DNA of 64,000 nucleotides from assembly GCA_964106915.2 (NCBI GenBank), contig OZ066920.1; one strand, 5' to 3'. The notes under the pieces were generated by a model, which was given only the letters and a program-made list of their open reading frames with translations, ran no database searches and had not been told where the DNA came from. This DNA comes from Podarcis gaigeae (taxonomy: Eukaryota). Position 1 is the first letter of the stretch, and each line of letters begins with the position of its first letter. Shown here in pieces: positions 24,801-38,688 of this stretch. A program made the translations under genes and the position numbers.

Positions 24801-27015
24801 ATCCTAGCAAAACTATGCTTGTTTGAGGAGATATTTCATATCACTATTACTGAATTTAGTAATTTTCCCCTTTGTGTTATAGAAAGAGCTAACTAGAGAG
24901 CAGAAGAAATTCACTTTGCTGTTAATTGCACTGAAAAGCTAACCATTGCATTTCTATTTGGCAATAGTTTTGCTTAATCAGCCTGGATTTTGGAGAAATA
25001 TAACGATTTTGATATTTATTTATTTTTAAATGTAAGTATCACATAAAATCAAAGTTGCCCATGTTGTTTCATGAATGAAAATGAAAATAGCTAAAGGTAG
25101 CTGATAGTGTAGCAATTTTCTGGAACCAAAACTTGCTCCTACAATTTCCTTCCTCAGCAAAAAGGGAAAGGCAAGGCTATTAATGCTTATAAACACAATC
25201 CAGCCATCTTTAAGTTCTATTGATTTTAATGGGGAAATTAACTAAATTTCTCACAGAAAGCAATGGGGCCTAATTAGCTGAATGTTGGTGGATTGGCTCA
25301 TATTAAAAGCCCTTCTGTGAGTGGATTCTACCTATAGTTTATTGTAAAGCTAACCTATGTACTAATGATATAGGAAAGTTTTACTAAACGTTTCAAAGTT
25401 GGAGAAGAACTTGGCTAATCCAATGGCTGCTGTTTTCAGTGACAGTGCTGTGTTAATCATCATTTATCTCCTATACTGTAAATTAACACTTCCAAAGCAA
25501 GATACATTTTCCTACCAATTTGGATACCCATTAAATTCAGAAACAATTCTATGTCATTTTCAAATTAGAATACTGAGACCCCATTTCCCTCTTGAATTAG
25601 TGTCCTAATCTGTCTTGTCTGGAAAACAGGTGGCAGCAGCTGGTAAAGAACAGAGGTTTGGAGAGCAATTCTGCCTTGGGAGACTGATTGTTGGGGATGC
25701 AAACTGTCATATTTCACATGCTTTTATAAAATTGATGATAGTGAATAATTCTGCTCAGAATATTCTACACTGGAGAATATTCATAATTCAGAAGACTATC
25801 TGCAATACTGGAAGCACAGTGAATGCATAGTGCGCTGAAAAGTAGTATTCTGGTATGTTATTGTAAAGGACAACTCTAGATTCCCATAAATGCTAATGGA
25901 AATTGTGTGGTTATGTATTTGTGCACAGCATTCTGAAAATTCACAAAGGAGAATGATTTGTTTATCAGTTTGAGTTGGATACAGTATGAAAGGTGATTAG
26001 TGAGGTGGAGGAAGGAATTCTACACTTATGGATGTTAAAGATGGATTGCTAGTGTGCCCAAATGAATTAGAAGACTAGGTCCCTGGGGTAAGCACCAGAA
26101 AAATGCACCGATGCTCCACTGCACAAAAGACCTATTGAGCAAGAGTGTGTGAAGTTGGGCCATTCACCCCATTTTCCTGAAGCAACTAAAGTGTTGCTGA
26201 AGCTGGGGAGTTTTATCAGCTCAGATTTTTAAAAGAATTTGTACAGTTAATTCTCTCAGCAGTAAAAAAACAAAACACAAAACCTAGCTCCTGGGATTGG
26301 AGGCTGTCGTTTCCAGGAAGATCTAAGACCTGTAGCTCTACAGCTGAACTGTAGATGTGGATATATTTGTTTAGGCAAATCCTGCCCTCCACCTCATGAC
26401 AGCATTCAGAATGACTCTTGTGTTTTGGATTTTGCTGCAGTATATTGTGTTTTTATTATGTTTCTGTAATTTTTGGTTGCTTGTTGGTTTTAAATTGTAA
26501 ATGATTAGTGGTATATAGCAGCTTTAAAATAAATAGATGGGACTAGCTCAACCCACAGGATGCCTGTTTATGGCTGTTTCCAGTTGGTAAAATACCATCT
26601 CCCTAGCATAAAAAACCCCTAAAATCACACAAGTATGAAGTCTGTTCACTCCTGCTCTATCAGAAAAATCAACACTGAATGTTAATGTAGACTTGTTTTT
26701 GAGAGCATAGATACTTAATAACATGTATCTGTTTAAATGATCACACAGCCCAAGACTGCACAATGTGTGAGAGTACTGAGCCTGGAATAAATTTGCAGGG
26801 AATAATATGCACAGCATTATCCTGAATGCATCTACATGGACGCTGACTTCACTGGAGCTTACTTCCCAAGTGCTACCATGCTAAGAACTACAATGTAACA
26901 TGTATACCATGTAAGATCCAAAGATAAAGTCTAAAACATCAACAACATAATTTACTGAAGGTTGCATCTGAGAGTTTTCAGTCTTAATCTTTTGAACAAA
27001 GCTATTGCTGTAAAT

Positions 27016-27382
27016 GGGACGCAGGTGGCGCTGGGACACGGGTGGCGCTGTGGGTTAAACCACAGAGCCTAGGACTTGCCAATCAGAAGGTCGGCGGTTC
27101 AAATCCCCGCAACGGGGTGAGCTCCCGTTGTTCAGTCCCAGCTCCTGCCAACCTAGCAGTTCGAAAGCACGTCAAAGTGCAAGTAGATAAATAGGTACCG
27201 CTCCAGTGGGAAGGTAAACGGCGTTTCCGTGCGCTGCTCTGGTTCTCCAGAAGCGGCTTAGTCAAACTGGCCACATGACCTGGAAGCTGTACGCCGGCTC
27301 CCTCGGCCAATAAAGCGAGATTAGCGCCGCAACCCCAGAGTCAGTCACGACTGGACCTAATGGTCAGGGGTCCCTTTACCTT
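27016..27382 (+). mobile_element. Sauria (Squam1) SINE with duplicated 5' head
   Basis: Full SINE body. TSD tattgctgtaaa (27003) / tattactgtaaa (27383). Confidence 0.92.
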
Positions 27383-27444
27383 TATTACTGTAAAGTTAGC
27401 TTACATTGTCACCGTTTGTCCCCAAAATTCACTCTGATTTACAA

Positions 27445-27582
27445 CAGCAGTACAAAACCTGTCATCCTCCAGATGGTGTTGGATGGCAACTCCCACAGCC
27501 CCTGACCATTGGGTATGGTGGATAGAGCAAATAGGAGTTGTGCCTCCCCAACATCTGGAGGACTACAGGTTCCCCACACCTG
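27445..27582. mobile_element. Older hAT-derived MITE related to the 10180 family
   Basis: cctccagatg...catctggagg and caactccc...ggagttg inverted arms. Imperfect 8-bp TSD atttacaa/gtttacag. Confidence 0.7.
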
Positions 27583-29413
27583 GTTTACAGGTCTACTTGG
27601 TAGTAAGCCCCACTGAATCAAAGGGGATTTACTTTCGAATAAACGTGTATAGGATTGCAACCTTAAGCTGTATATTTCGTTGGGAAGTAAAAAAAGCCAC
27701 CGATTTCATAAGTTCTGCCCTTTTAATTAAAATTGAATATTTTAAGTGAGTCAGTAAACAGGAAGTTATCCCATTCTTTGAAAATCTAAACTGCTACAGT
27801 ACCTGTCTGTCTCAGGGCCTAGAGAGGACAAAGAAAGGCTGTTTCCACTTTCTTTGAGACATCAGGTATTGTCATAACTAATGGCATAAATGAGTCGGAT
27901 GCAGACTTTAAATAAGCATTCATCTTATGTGCTGACAAAAGGGCCATTTTTCACCACACCTTGAGCTCCCTGTGCCCCCTGAAAAACTGCTGCAGTGAAG
28001 TAGCGATCCTCTGAAATAACATGAAAGATGGCACAGAATGCTGAGAGGAGACTTGGTGAAAATCACCACCTGCTCTTTCTCTAGCAAATAGCAAGGTGGG
28101 AAAAGTCTGGATGTAACCCATGTCTCTGCTTGGGATACTATGAAAATATCTGTGCTGGGTATTATGAGGTACAGATATAAACAACTCTGTAGTTTTTCTT
28201 TGTTTCATTAATACAACCTTTCTGCAGCTCTTAAGGCAAATCAGCGCAACAAGAATAAGCACATTCTCACCAGCTTTCTGATTCAATTTGTAAGATTAAG
28301 GGAATCACAAATACTGTTGTTGCTGGCAAAAAAAATGTGCTCCTTTATGAGAGTCTCCAAAGACCCATCTCTCCACCCCAAAATAGCCATCCCTGCAGCC
28401 AGCAATTCTCACCCCTTTCCCAAAAGGAAGGCTTTTTGTATTTGAGACAAGGATGCAAGGCTGAGTTGTACTTAATCCACTCCCTTCCTGCTTTTTTATG
28501 GTTACATGCAAGCAGTTTTTTCAGGCATTTATAAGGAAATCAAAATTGGCTAAAATCTAAGCGAGCTGAAGGGGAGTTTATCAATCACTAAGGAGTATTC
28601 TGAGTGATTTGGTCCTTCAATCACAAATTCAATTTCTGGAAATAATTTTTAATTTTTTTGGGAGGGGTCTACTTTAAACTAAGTAACAATTCCTCTAGTG
28701 CAGGATGCAATTTAGAATGGCAGAATATATAAACTAACAAACATCAAAGGAATAAATTTAAATAATATCAAATGCTTGTTTAGGTACATGCAGGAAAAAA
28801 ATCATATATACTATTGCTGAAGAGCATTTGAATGGTCTTTTGCATATCGTATGACTTGCATTTTGCATTTCTTTTTTATTATTTGTTTAGAAACTGAATA
28901 ACATAAATAGTCATTGGAAATCAAAAATAGAAGGAAACAAGTATTCAATCCATAATTAATAGACATTGTAAAAAAACAAAAAAAATGGTGATTAAGTTCA
29001 CTGTGACCTCCAATTCACTCATTGTGTTGCCCTGATTACATTTTAACTACACACTGAACTTTATCTCCTCTAGATTAATCCACTGCATTTGTAAGATTCT
29101 TTTGTTACCCACAGAAAGTCAATCCGCACCTGCCAACAAATTTAGGTTTCTACAGTGTTCTTTTAAATAAACTCTATATAGAGTTTATATAGAGCATTTT
29201 GCATTTATAAAGGAGCTTACATTTAGAACACATTTTTTAAAAAAACTCAACTAATCAACCAATTCATAGTGTAAGAAATCATTGTTTTAGTGGTATAGCA
29301 ACAATATTCAGGAACTCCCTGCCTATTGACATCAGACAGGCACCTTCAATATACTCTTTTCAGCCCCTACTGGATGTTTTATAAAAAAAAATGTCGAAGC
29401 CTATCTAGGCTTG

Positions 29414-29765
29414 GGGATGCGGGTGGCACTGTGGGTTAAACCACAGAGCCTAGGACCTGCCGATCAGAAGGTCAGCGGTTCGAATCCCCATGACGGGGTG
29501 AGCTCCCATTGCTCGGTTCTTGCTCCTGCCCACCTAGCAGTTCAAAAGCACCTCAAACTGCAAGTAGATAAATAGGTACCACTCCAGCGGGAAGGTAAAT
29601 GGCGTTTCCGTGTGCTGCTCTGGTTCTCCAGAAGTGGCTTAGTCATGCTGGCCACATGACCCGGAAGCTGTACGCCGGCTCCCTCGGCCAATAAAGTGAG
29701 ATGAGCACTGCAACCCCAGAGTCGGTCACAACTGGACCTAATGGTCAGGGGTCCCCTTACCTTTT
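29414..29765 (+). mobile_element. Sauria (Squam1) SINE, full length
   Basis: Full body. TSD tatctaggcttg (29402) / tatctaggattg (29766). Confidence 0.92.
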
Positions 29766-29792
29766 TATCTAGGATTGTAGAAACTGTTGCAC

Positions 29793-30025
29793 CCATCAGA
29801 TGTCAAGGAAATAAACAACTATCCGACTTTCTGAAGACATCTTAAGGCAGCCCTGTTTAGGGAAATTTTTAATGTTTTGTTTAAAGTGTTTAAAGTTTTA
29901 CTTTGTTTTTAATGTTCTGTTGAAAGCCACTCAGAGTGGTTAGGGAAACCCAGCCAGAAGTGAGGGGTTGAAATAATAAATTATTATTATTATTATTATT
30001 ATTGTTGTTGTTGTTGTTGTTGTTG
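29793..30025 (+). mobile_element. L2 3' end with (ATT)n(GTT)n tail
   Basis: Reverse-complement match to 41253-41420 (gcagccctgtttagggaa, cagagtgg...gggaaacccagccaga). Confidence 0.8.
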
Positions 30026-33000
30026 CATGTTTTGATTTGGATTTAACTTCTTGTTTATTTTTTAATGTTTTAAATACTTGTTTTTATATTTTACTGATAA
30101 TTTTCTTGTTTCATTCTTTTTGTAAACTTCTTTGAGATTCTATTGCAATCAAGCAGTATAAAAATGTTGTGAAATAAATATTCAATACCCTGATTTTTAG
30201 AAATGGGAAACATAACTAAATGTGCTACTGACCACAAGACTTCAACCTCTCTGACACAGCAAGATCATAGAGTGATGGAATTATATTGATCTTTACTCAA
30301 GCAAAAGCATTAAGCATTCCCAACTTTCTGAAAATAAAAAGAATTTGCAGCATAGATAAGGAAGCAAAAATTGAATTTATTTACTGATACAAATATTGCA
30401 TAGTTGGTTTCAAGACCATAGCATGAAATTAGATTGCCTTAAAATAGTTGATACCCAATTAGCCATTTGCCTAGCTTTCCCACTTCTTTTGAACACACAT
30501 ACTAATACAACTTAATGATATATAGATGGGGTTGCACACTACCTAAAGGATCTGGGGTATAGTCTCGGGGAGTGGGTGGAGATGGGACTACTTTGACATT
30601 TGATACCCATCTCTCTCTTCAAGAGATTTTCTCACCAGTGGGAAAGAAGTCTGGATCCAAACCAAAGTATTTATACCATAGCATTTGTCTTCTGAATAAC
30701 TGGCAACAATATCTAGAAAGCTAAAACTGAAAGCCCTTCACACATAACAGAATGTGCTTTAAATAGCATAATTTAATAGGAGGAGTAAGCAAGTTTTTTG
30801 GAATTCTGAGGCTGAAAGGAAGGGAAATTATGCTCTGATAATAGTATAAAATGAATGTGGTAGATATTCCCCATAATTAAAAGATGCATAACCATTACTA
30901 CTGCGGCTTGCTTTATCATTCTGTGCATTTTTGCAAAAATAGCTTTGTTTTTAGAATCTATTATTGCAGTTAAATGAAAAGCCAGCATTTAAATTGCATT
31001 TTCCCTCTGCACCTGTTCTTCCAATTTTGTTTCATTTCCCCCCACAATGTAACATACACTATGGTTATTTATGTAGATGTTTGAAAGTAATGGTTTTGAC
31101 TTAAATGTTCTTTTCTCTCAGGCTGTGTACACACTCCCATTTGCCCTGCATCCAGACGACTCCCACCACTAGTTTAGTAAGTGGTGTACACGTTAGCCAC
31201 AATCTATATCAACCCTGTATCTACCTTGTTTCTTACAATATACTTTGTCCTGATGCACTTCTCCCCCCCCTCCAGTTTCAATGCAAATTGGGGGGGGACC
31301 CGACCTATTTGCATTTTAAACCAGTAATGTGTCTACAGGCTCAGTGTCTAAGAAACATGTGAGAAAAAACGAGTAAGGTTAAAGTTGCCATCAAATGTTA
31401 GTATTTTGTGGTGCGGGTTTCTCACACTACAGGAATTATGAGGCAAGGTATTGGATTTTCACTAAAACTTGCTAGGATGCCTTTGCCGTCAATCTGGATT
31501 GGATCTGAGAAATCATTTTCTCCTAGCTTATGCTTTGGAGGGGTGGGGGGCAAATAGCAGCCAGACACGGGGTTCATTTTCAGCAGAAAACCAGTAAGCC
31601 TGCTCTGATCCAGACTAGGAGTATATTCAGGATCAGGACCCTTGAATGCTCTTTCTCCAAAGTAAAAGCAGCCAGGTTAAGCACATGTGACTAACATCAT
31701 ATGGAATGTGGCACTGAGTTGTCTCACTCAACTAATTTGGTTTGGATCCAGCCACTATCTTTTGGGGCCGTTAAGAAAGTGTACTAATATTATTAGCAGC
31801 TTTTAATAGCATAGCCACCCAAGTTTTTCATAAAAGTGTAGAATGCCATAAAGGGTGATGGGGCTGGGGTACAGCCACTTCACTGGTCTAATCCATGGAG
31901 AAATGTTTGTTTAAAGCATTTGCTGGTGTCACTTGGTCCTGCGCTGGCCTGTGGTAAAAGGCTTTGTTTTATTTTCATTTGGTAATGATACAGGGTTTTC
32001 CTCCCACAGAGTTCTAGAAATGAGCAGGACAATATGACCAATGGAAATTCCACTGGAGCCTTTGTAACTTGGGAGGAAATTTACAGTTGGCTAATTGGTA
32101 AAGGATGCTTCTCAGAATTATTTTTACACTTATTTAAATATGGTTAAAATAAATAACCGTTAATGTTTTAGAATGCAATGTCATGTATAATAGAGAAAAA
32201 TGGATTCATTGTCATCCCAATCCTGCTTAATGCATTTTTCATAGTTCAAAAGATGCCTTCTTGAACTTTGTAAAATTCTTGCTATATAAATAGCCTGCCT
32301 AATGCTTGTGTTCTGACTTAAATTGATTGCTACCTTTACCCCATAGAGTATGTTAAGATGGGTAGAATAACTAATTTACTATTTTAAGATTGGTATATTC
32401 TTATACACTAGCTGGCCCATCTATTTTTCCTGTTCTTGCTTATTTACTGTCAACTCAGTGTTTGCAATTCAGTGACAATCATGAGTAGTTTTTGCCCTGT
32501 AGCAGCACCATCTCGCTATCCCTAAGCAACTGAAACAATTGAATAATTGTTGAGCTGGTTGTGGATGTCACAGCCTCTAGGACAAGCATGGGCCTGTCTC
32601 AAATTGCCATCAGGCCAACACGTGACTCACATCAAATCCTTAATTTGATCTTTGCCCCAGCTTGAAAGTGACAAAGGATAGACATATTTGAAGTAAACCT
32701 ATTGTTATGGGCAGACAATCTCCTGGTGACAATTGGCCTTTTGGTGACAGTCTTCCCTATGCAGGGATGGGAAATTGCTCAAGAGTTTGGGGTGTTAAAC
32801 TGGGTGCCAGACCCCTCTAATCCCTGGATACAGCAACTGTTCAAATTAAATCAAGGTTTCTATTTCTTGGAATAGCCAGGCTAGTCTCCTGGTGAGGTGA
32901 GAACCTGGGTGATGAGACATTAAGGAGGATTAAGGGCTCAATGCATTGGGAAATGTATGGTGCCCCATTCCCTCAACAGTAAAAGCTAGAGTTTGGAACA

Positions 33001-33556
33001 GTGGGAGCAGTGGTGTGAACTAAATGTAAAGCAGCAAGCTGGAGAGTGTCAAAGCAATGTTTGAGAGGAATGTTTGATTTCAGATTGAATCCAAGGCTGT
33101 GGCTATGGGAGAAACAAGGCTTCATTTGGGGTTTTAATGTTGTGAACCCTTCCATTAAAGGCCCAGGTTTCATATATGTCATAGAACCATATATCATAAA
33201 GACACCACATTCTCTGCTGTGCCTCATTTCCAAAAGGAAATATGAACCCTGGAGAAGCATCTGGGACCCCTGGAGTCTTGCACTGTTCAGAAATTGGGGT
33301 AGTGTGCGATAATCCATTATTAGAATGGAAATATTTCAGAAATCTTAGCAATTAACAGTAAAGTGAGTCCAAACTCAAGAAGGGAAGAAAAACTACACAG
33401 GTCACTGTTAAAGGGCCTGAAACAGCACTCTTTCAACAGTTATTACTAACCAGCTCATGAAGAATAAAGCATATAGCTAATGAATCTCAGTGCTGAGATA
33501 TTTCTGCTCCTCAGCCTTGACTTCTCCTTTGTGACAGCTGGAAAATCAGCTAGGTA

Positions 33557-34212
33557 CAGTGGTACCTTGGTTCTCAAACATCTTGGTTCCCAAACGCCAA
33601 AAACCTGGAAGCAAGTGTTCCAGTTTTCAAATGTTTTTTGGAAGCTGAACATCTGATGCAGCTGTCGGATATTGTTTCCATGGCACCTGCACCAATCAGA
33701 AGCTGTGCCTTGGTTTTTGAACATTCCAGAAGTCAAATGGACTTCCGGAACAGATTAAGTTTGGTGCTTTTGTTTTTGCTATTTATTTTGCGTTTTTGTT
33801 TTTGAGGCTTTTCGGTTAATTTTGTTTTTGTGACTGTGTGGAACCCAGTTCAGCTACTGATTGACTGATTGTGTGACTGTGGAAATGGATAAAAGCCCGC
33901 CATCCAAACAATGACTATCATCAGTACAGTTAGGGGAAAAAATTAATTGAAATTTTTTATCATCTACAATACAGTCTTATTTATTTTATAGTACAGCACA
34001 TTGATTATTGCTTTCATTTTATGGATCAATGGTCTCATTAGATAGTAAAATTCATGTTAAATTGCTGTTTTAGGGGTTGTTTTTTTAAAGTCTGGAACAG
34101 ATTAATCCATTTTGCATTACTTTCTATGGGAAAACGCACCTTGGTTTTGGAACGCTTCAGTTTTGGAATGGATTTCCAGAACGGATTAAGTTTGAGAACC
34201 AAGGTATCACTG
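33557..34212. mobile_element. Tc1/mariner (pogo/Tigger-like) non-autonomous element, 656 bp
   Basis: 23-bp TIR cagtggtaccttggttctcaaac / gtttgagaaccaaggtatcactg (1 mismatch) and a TA TSD. Confidence 0.88.
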
Positions 34213-34301
34213 TAAAAACCCTTTGAAAATTTTGACATGTGTTTTTGCTGGTGACCAGCGAAAGCTACACTCTGATATAACGTCATATATATTGTAAATA
34301 T

Positions 34302-34305
<4 letters not shown>

Positions 34306-34340
<35 letters not shown>
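34306..34340. repeat. (GT)n microsatellite
   Basis: Direct reading. Confidence 0.95.
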
Positions 34341-34343
<3 letters not shown>

Positions 34344-34780
34344 TGGGAAAGTTAATTCTTATTACATCCCTCAAGTTTTTTTTATTTAAAAACATAATGT
34401 AAATACAATATTTGTTTGGATACACAAAAGAAAAGCAAGTGTGTTTCTTTATGAGTGATTCTCAGAGATCCTGTTTAACACAAGAAACTCAGTTTACTTA
34501 GTTACTGCTGTATGACCACTAAAGCAAAATGTGACAGCAACTGATTTACATCAAAATCCAATGACAGACCACTGGTATCCAAGGTCAGGGGTGCAACACA
34601 TAACGACCCAACTCTCATTTTACATATATGAGTAAAAAAATGTATTTACTTATTAAAAGATTTATATCTTCCCCTTCTAATGCATTTACATTACTCAGAT
34701 CAGCTTACAACAACCAAAATACCACAATCAATGCATGCATGGTCCATTAAGTGTGAAGGGCATGCACCTGCAAAATTATG

Positions 34781-35860
34781 AGAACATAAGAGCCCTGCTG
34801 GATTAAAGGCCTATCTAGTCCAGCATCCTGTTCCAACAGAGACCAAGTAAGAGGCCAGTGGGAAGCTCACGAGCATGAGTGCAATAGCCCTCTCCACATA
34901 CTGCCTCTGGTGCTTGAGGTAATGTAGCCATCATGACTAGTAGCCATGGGATTTCTCTAATCCCCTTCTAAAGCCATCCAAGTTGGTGGCATCCCAACAT
35001 TTTTTATAGCAGATAATTAAATTCGCTAATATGTGCTGTGTGAAATAGTACTTGCTTTTGTCTCTCCCCCCCCCCAAATTCAGCTTCATTGGATGAACCC
35101 AGATCTAGTATTTTGAGAAAGGGGGATTCCCAGGGGCGTTGGAAGGGGGGGCGGGAGGCAGTCCACCCCAGGTGCCATCATGGAGGGGGGTAAAAAATTA
35201 TCAAGGAACAATTACTGCCCTACTAGGGCGGTTCATAAAAAACTTTTTTTAAAAAAAATGCCTGCTCCAAATGTCTTATCTTACTACACTAGGGATTATA
35301 TAGCTATATATGAAATTTCATGCATATCAGTTAATATCTTGACCTTCCTCCACGAAAATAGCTGTTTACTTGGCCATTTTCCTATGTCGTGAAGGCTGAA
35401 ATTTCAATTTTTTGTTTTGGTAAACCACTTTGCAGGTTTTTAAAAACAATTTTTATTAAACAAATAAACAATAAATATAAATAAAATAACACAAGCCAAA
35501 ACACAACCCATCCTGTAGATTTAAATATCTGTCCATAGTTGCCTACTTGTTATCAGAGGCTCAGAATACACATTCCTTTGTAAGAAAATATGAAATAACG
35601 TAAAACCATTTTTGCAGGCAAAAAAAAAAAAAGAAGAAATCAATGTGGGGAGTGGTGACAAGAAATTTTTCGCACCGGGTACCACCTGACCTTCCTACGC
35701 CTCTGGGGATTCCCCCCCCCCCTGCCCATTTTTTCCATCCCATGCATGGTTTTATATACCTCTATTATGTCTCGTTTCCCACTGTAACTTTTCCTTTAGG
35801 GGATGCACTTCAGTCCCTTTATCATTTTGGTTGCCTTTTTCTAAACCTTTTCCAACTCTA
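34781..35860 (-). mobile_element. Old CR1 LINE 3' fragment, interrupted by a hAT element
   Basis: agaacataagagccctgctggat...atctagtccagcatcctg is the reverse of a squamate CR1 3' end. Similar sequence resumes after 35713. Confidence 0.65.
35131..35705. mobile_element. Non-autonomous hAT element, 575 bp
   Basis: TIR caggggcgttggaagg / ccttcctacgcctctg and a perfect 8-bp TSD gggattcc. Confidence 0.85.
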
Positions 35861-36434
35861 CATAATATTAATTCATTGTGAAATTTATTTATTAAATGTG
35901 TATCTCATACTTTTCCCAAAGGGAGTCCAGGATGACATGATTTCTGAGGTGCAGCAAGCAGAAATAATACACCATGTATACACACAGTATTCCATATATT
36001 TGTATAAAAATATTATGATATTGGTAGTTTTATTTTCCTTTTCCTAATGATCCCTAACATGAAAACCACCATTTTCACAGCTGCTGCACCCTGATACCAT
36101 GCATGTGTTTCTTTTCTTTTCTTTTTCTTTCTTTTTTTAAAGTTAGTAATACTAGGAAGCAGCAGCTAGGAAAAAGATTCACTGCTTCCCCTGAGTGGTT
36201 GTTTTTTTTTGGGGGGGGGGGTTTAAGGTAAAAAAAAAGGTAAGAAAAAAAGGCCTTTCAATTCTACATGGGCATCCAGGAATTTTCCTACGCAGCAGAT
36301 GGGGAAGATACCTCGTCCTGCCTCAACGTGATAGCACTGCTATCAGATCTATGATTATATCACACATATTGTTTATTTTTCAATAGATGCTAGAGTTGTT
36401 GCCCACAACTCAAGCCATGATAGCCAATGTAACT

Positions 36435-37028
36435 CATAGTCTCCAACATTTCTCCTATGAAAACAGGGACATCCCATTCCATAATGATAATTTCACTACA
36501 GTAGTACCTTGGGTTACATACGCTTCAGGTTACATATGCTTCAGACTCCGCTAACCCAGAAATAGTACCTCGGATTAAGAACTTTGCTTCAGGATGAGAA
36601 CAGAAATCGTGCGGCAACGGTGCGGCGGCAGTGGGAGGCCCCATTAGCTAAAGTGGTGCTTCAGGTTAAGAACAGTTTCAGATTAAGAACAGACCTCCAG
36701 AACTAATTAAGTTCTTAACCTGAGGTACCACTGTATTTATACCCCCCCACACACACACACACATCTTATTGGCTTGCCCCAGCACTCTGGGCAGCTTCCA
36801 ACATATATAAAAAACCATAATAAAACATTAAACATTTAATAAACTTCCCTATACAGGATTGCCTTCAGATGGCTCAGGGGTTGGATAACTCCACACCGTC
36901 CAATGTATCCCCAATGAAACTAGGGACACTCTAAAGAAACACAGGATATTCCAGGATCAAATCAGAAATCGGGACGGCTTCTCTAAATCAGGGGTGTCTG
37001 TGGAAAACAGGGACACTTGGAGGGCCTG
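36435..37028. mobile_element. Composite GTCCC-repeat DNA element (reverse of the 2970-3590 type) containing an L2 3' fragment
   Basis: Termini catagtctccaac / ttggagggcctg, AGGGAC repeats, an internal second copy of the left terminus (~36891-36930) and an L2 tail at ~36736-36875. Confidence 0.65.
36499..36733. mobile_element. Tc1/mariner MITE (~240-bp family, reversed), nested
   Basis: cagtagtaccttgggtta / taacctgaggtaccactg and a TA TSD. Confidence 0.88.
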
Positions 37029-38458
37029 GCAACATTGGTATAAAAAGTCTTAGTGAATGGAGTGATCTGCTAGTAGTTTGGGCTAACAAGTTGTGCAAGT
37101 GCTAGCACAACAAATAGTGCAACTAGTGCTTAAAAATGAGGTGTACAAATACATGTTCTGCACTAGGATTTGTGCAACATCTGGCACAAATGGAAATTAA
37201 TCATTTCAGCTGTTGCACAAGGCTGCCTCTAGCTGTGCACGCTTTGCACTGGCAGAATACTACTGGATACAAAACACATTATTCTGTTCAGCATATGGAC
37301 AATCATTGGAAGTGTAAGATGAATTCTAACACTGTTGTCACCAAATGAGGTCACTGGTAGCAAGTAAGTATATGAGCAGGAAAGAGGAACTGAGAATTTA
37401 GAAAACAATAGGAGATCTTATGTTTACAAGATTATGTTTACAAATGAATGGGGGAGGATAGGTCTTTTAAATGCCTAGCTTTCAGAGTCTGTGATGCACA
37501 ATATCCAGTAAATGTTATACCGTATAATGCTTTCTTTTCAACTCAATTATACTGTGGTAGCATGATGCATCTGTTATGGCTTTGCTGAATTGTATGTCCT
37601 AGGCTTTTTCTAAAACATAAGTAGGTGAAAGGGATTTTTCAGGTTCTTTATTCCAAACCTGTCCTGCATTTCTAGCCAATCCAAAGAAAATGGGGTTTCA
37701 TTAACCCTGCTTTCCATTTAGAATGTCAAAAGCTGTATTATAATTTTTACTCTTAATCATTTGGGACTAAGTATGCATATGACATTAAGTGTAGTATAAT
37801 TCTACACATTCATCACCTTTTTCTTAAATGGTGGCAAAGGGAAGAAGAAAGGAGACAATGTTATTCACTAGAGTGATTAATAGTAGGTTTATTTTCAGAA
37901 AACCTGACACTTGCTAGTATTAGTTTTGCTATATATTTCAAAAACTGTGAACATATACACACACACACTTAGGCCAAAGGTTTTTGGGATAATATATATA
38001 TATATTTATTTATTTTTTAAAAACACCATTGGGGCAGAGTGAAATGTAGAAAAAAAGAATAGTTTTTTTCTTAGTAGGAATAAATTTTAGGTACTTTTAT
38101 GGGAATGCTTTAAAAAAAACACAACCCTGTTCTGCCACCTTAAGAACAATGGAGCCACAGCTATCGGCACCCAGCAGGCTGCCATGTCTTCCTCTCCCAT
38201 GCCCCACTAGAAATCATTCTACATTATGATGTAGCATCATTCTAAAGGCATTGTGAAGGTGAAAAGATGGGTCTCCCACAGGCCATTGTTGGAGCAATTC
38301 AGTTTAAGAAAGAAAAACAGCCAAACAGCTGCTTCCACAACTGCTTTTTTGTAGTAAGCCCTCAAGACAAAACTTTATAGTCAGTACCAATGGAAAATAA
38401 CGCCTATTGAAATATATTTTTAGTACTTTGGCTAAGAAAGTTATAGCTAAAGAGCAAA

Positions 38459-38688
38459 ACCTTGGGTTACAAACTTACAGTAATTCGTTCTGGAGGTCCG
38501 TTCTTAACTCGAAACTGTTCTTAACCTGAGGCATGCTTTTGCTAATGGGGCCTGCCGTATTGCCTGTGCGCGATTTCCGTTCTCATCCTGGGGCAAAGTT
38601 CTCAACCCAAGGTACTACTTCTGGGTTAGCAGAGTTTGTAACCCGAAGCGTTTGCAACCCGAAGCGTTTGTAACCCGAGGTAACACTG
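38459..38688. mobile_element. Tc1/mariner MITE (~240-bp family), left TIR clipped
   Basis: Body matches the 18418 copy. Right end taacccgaggtaacactg followed by TA. Confidence 0.8.

Noticed and set aside
27016-27120. tRNA-like A/B boxes (also 7508, 21438, 29414, 47620-47695)
   Set aside because: These are SINE heads continuous with SINE bodies, not tRNA genes.
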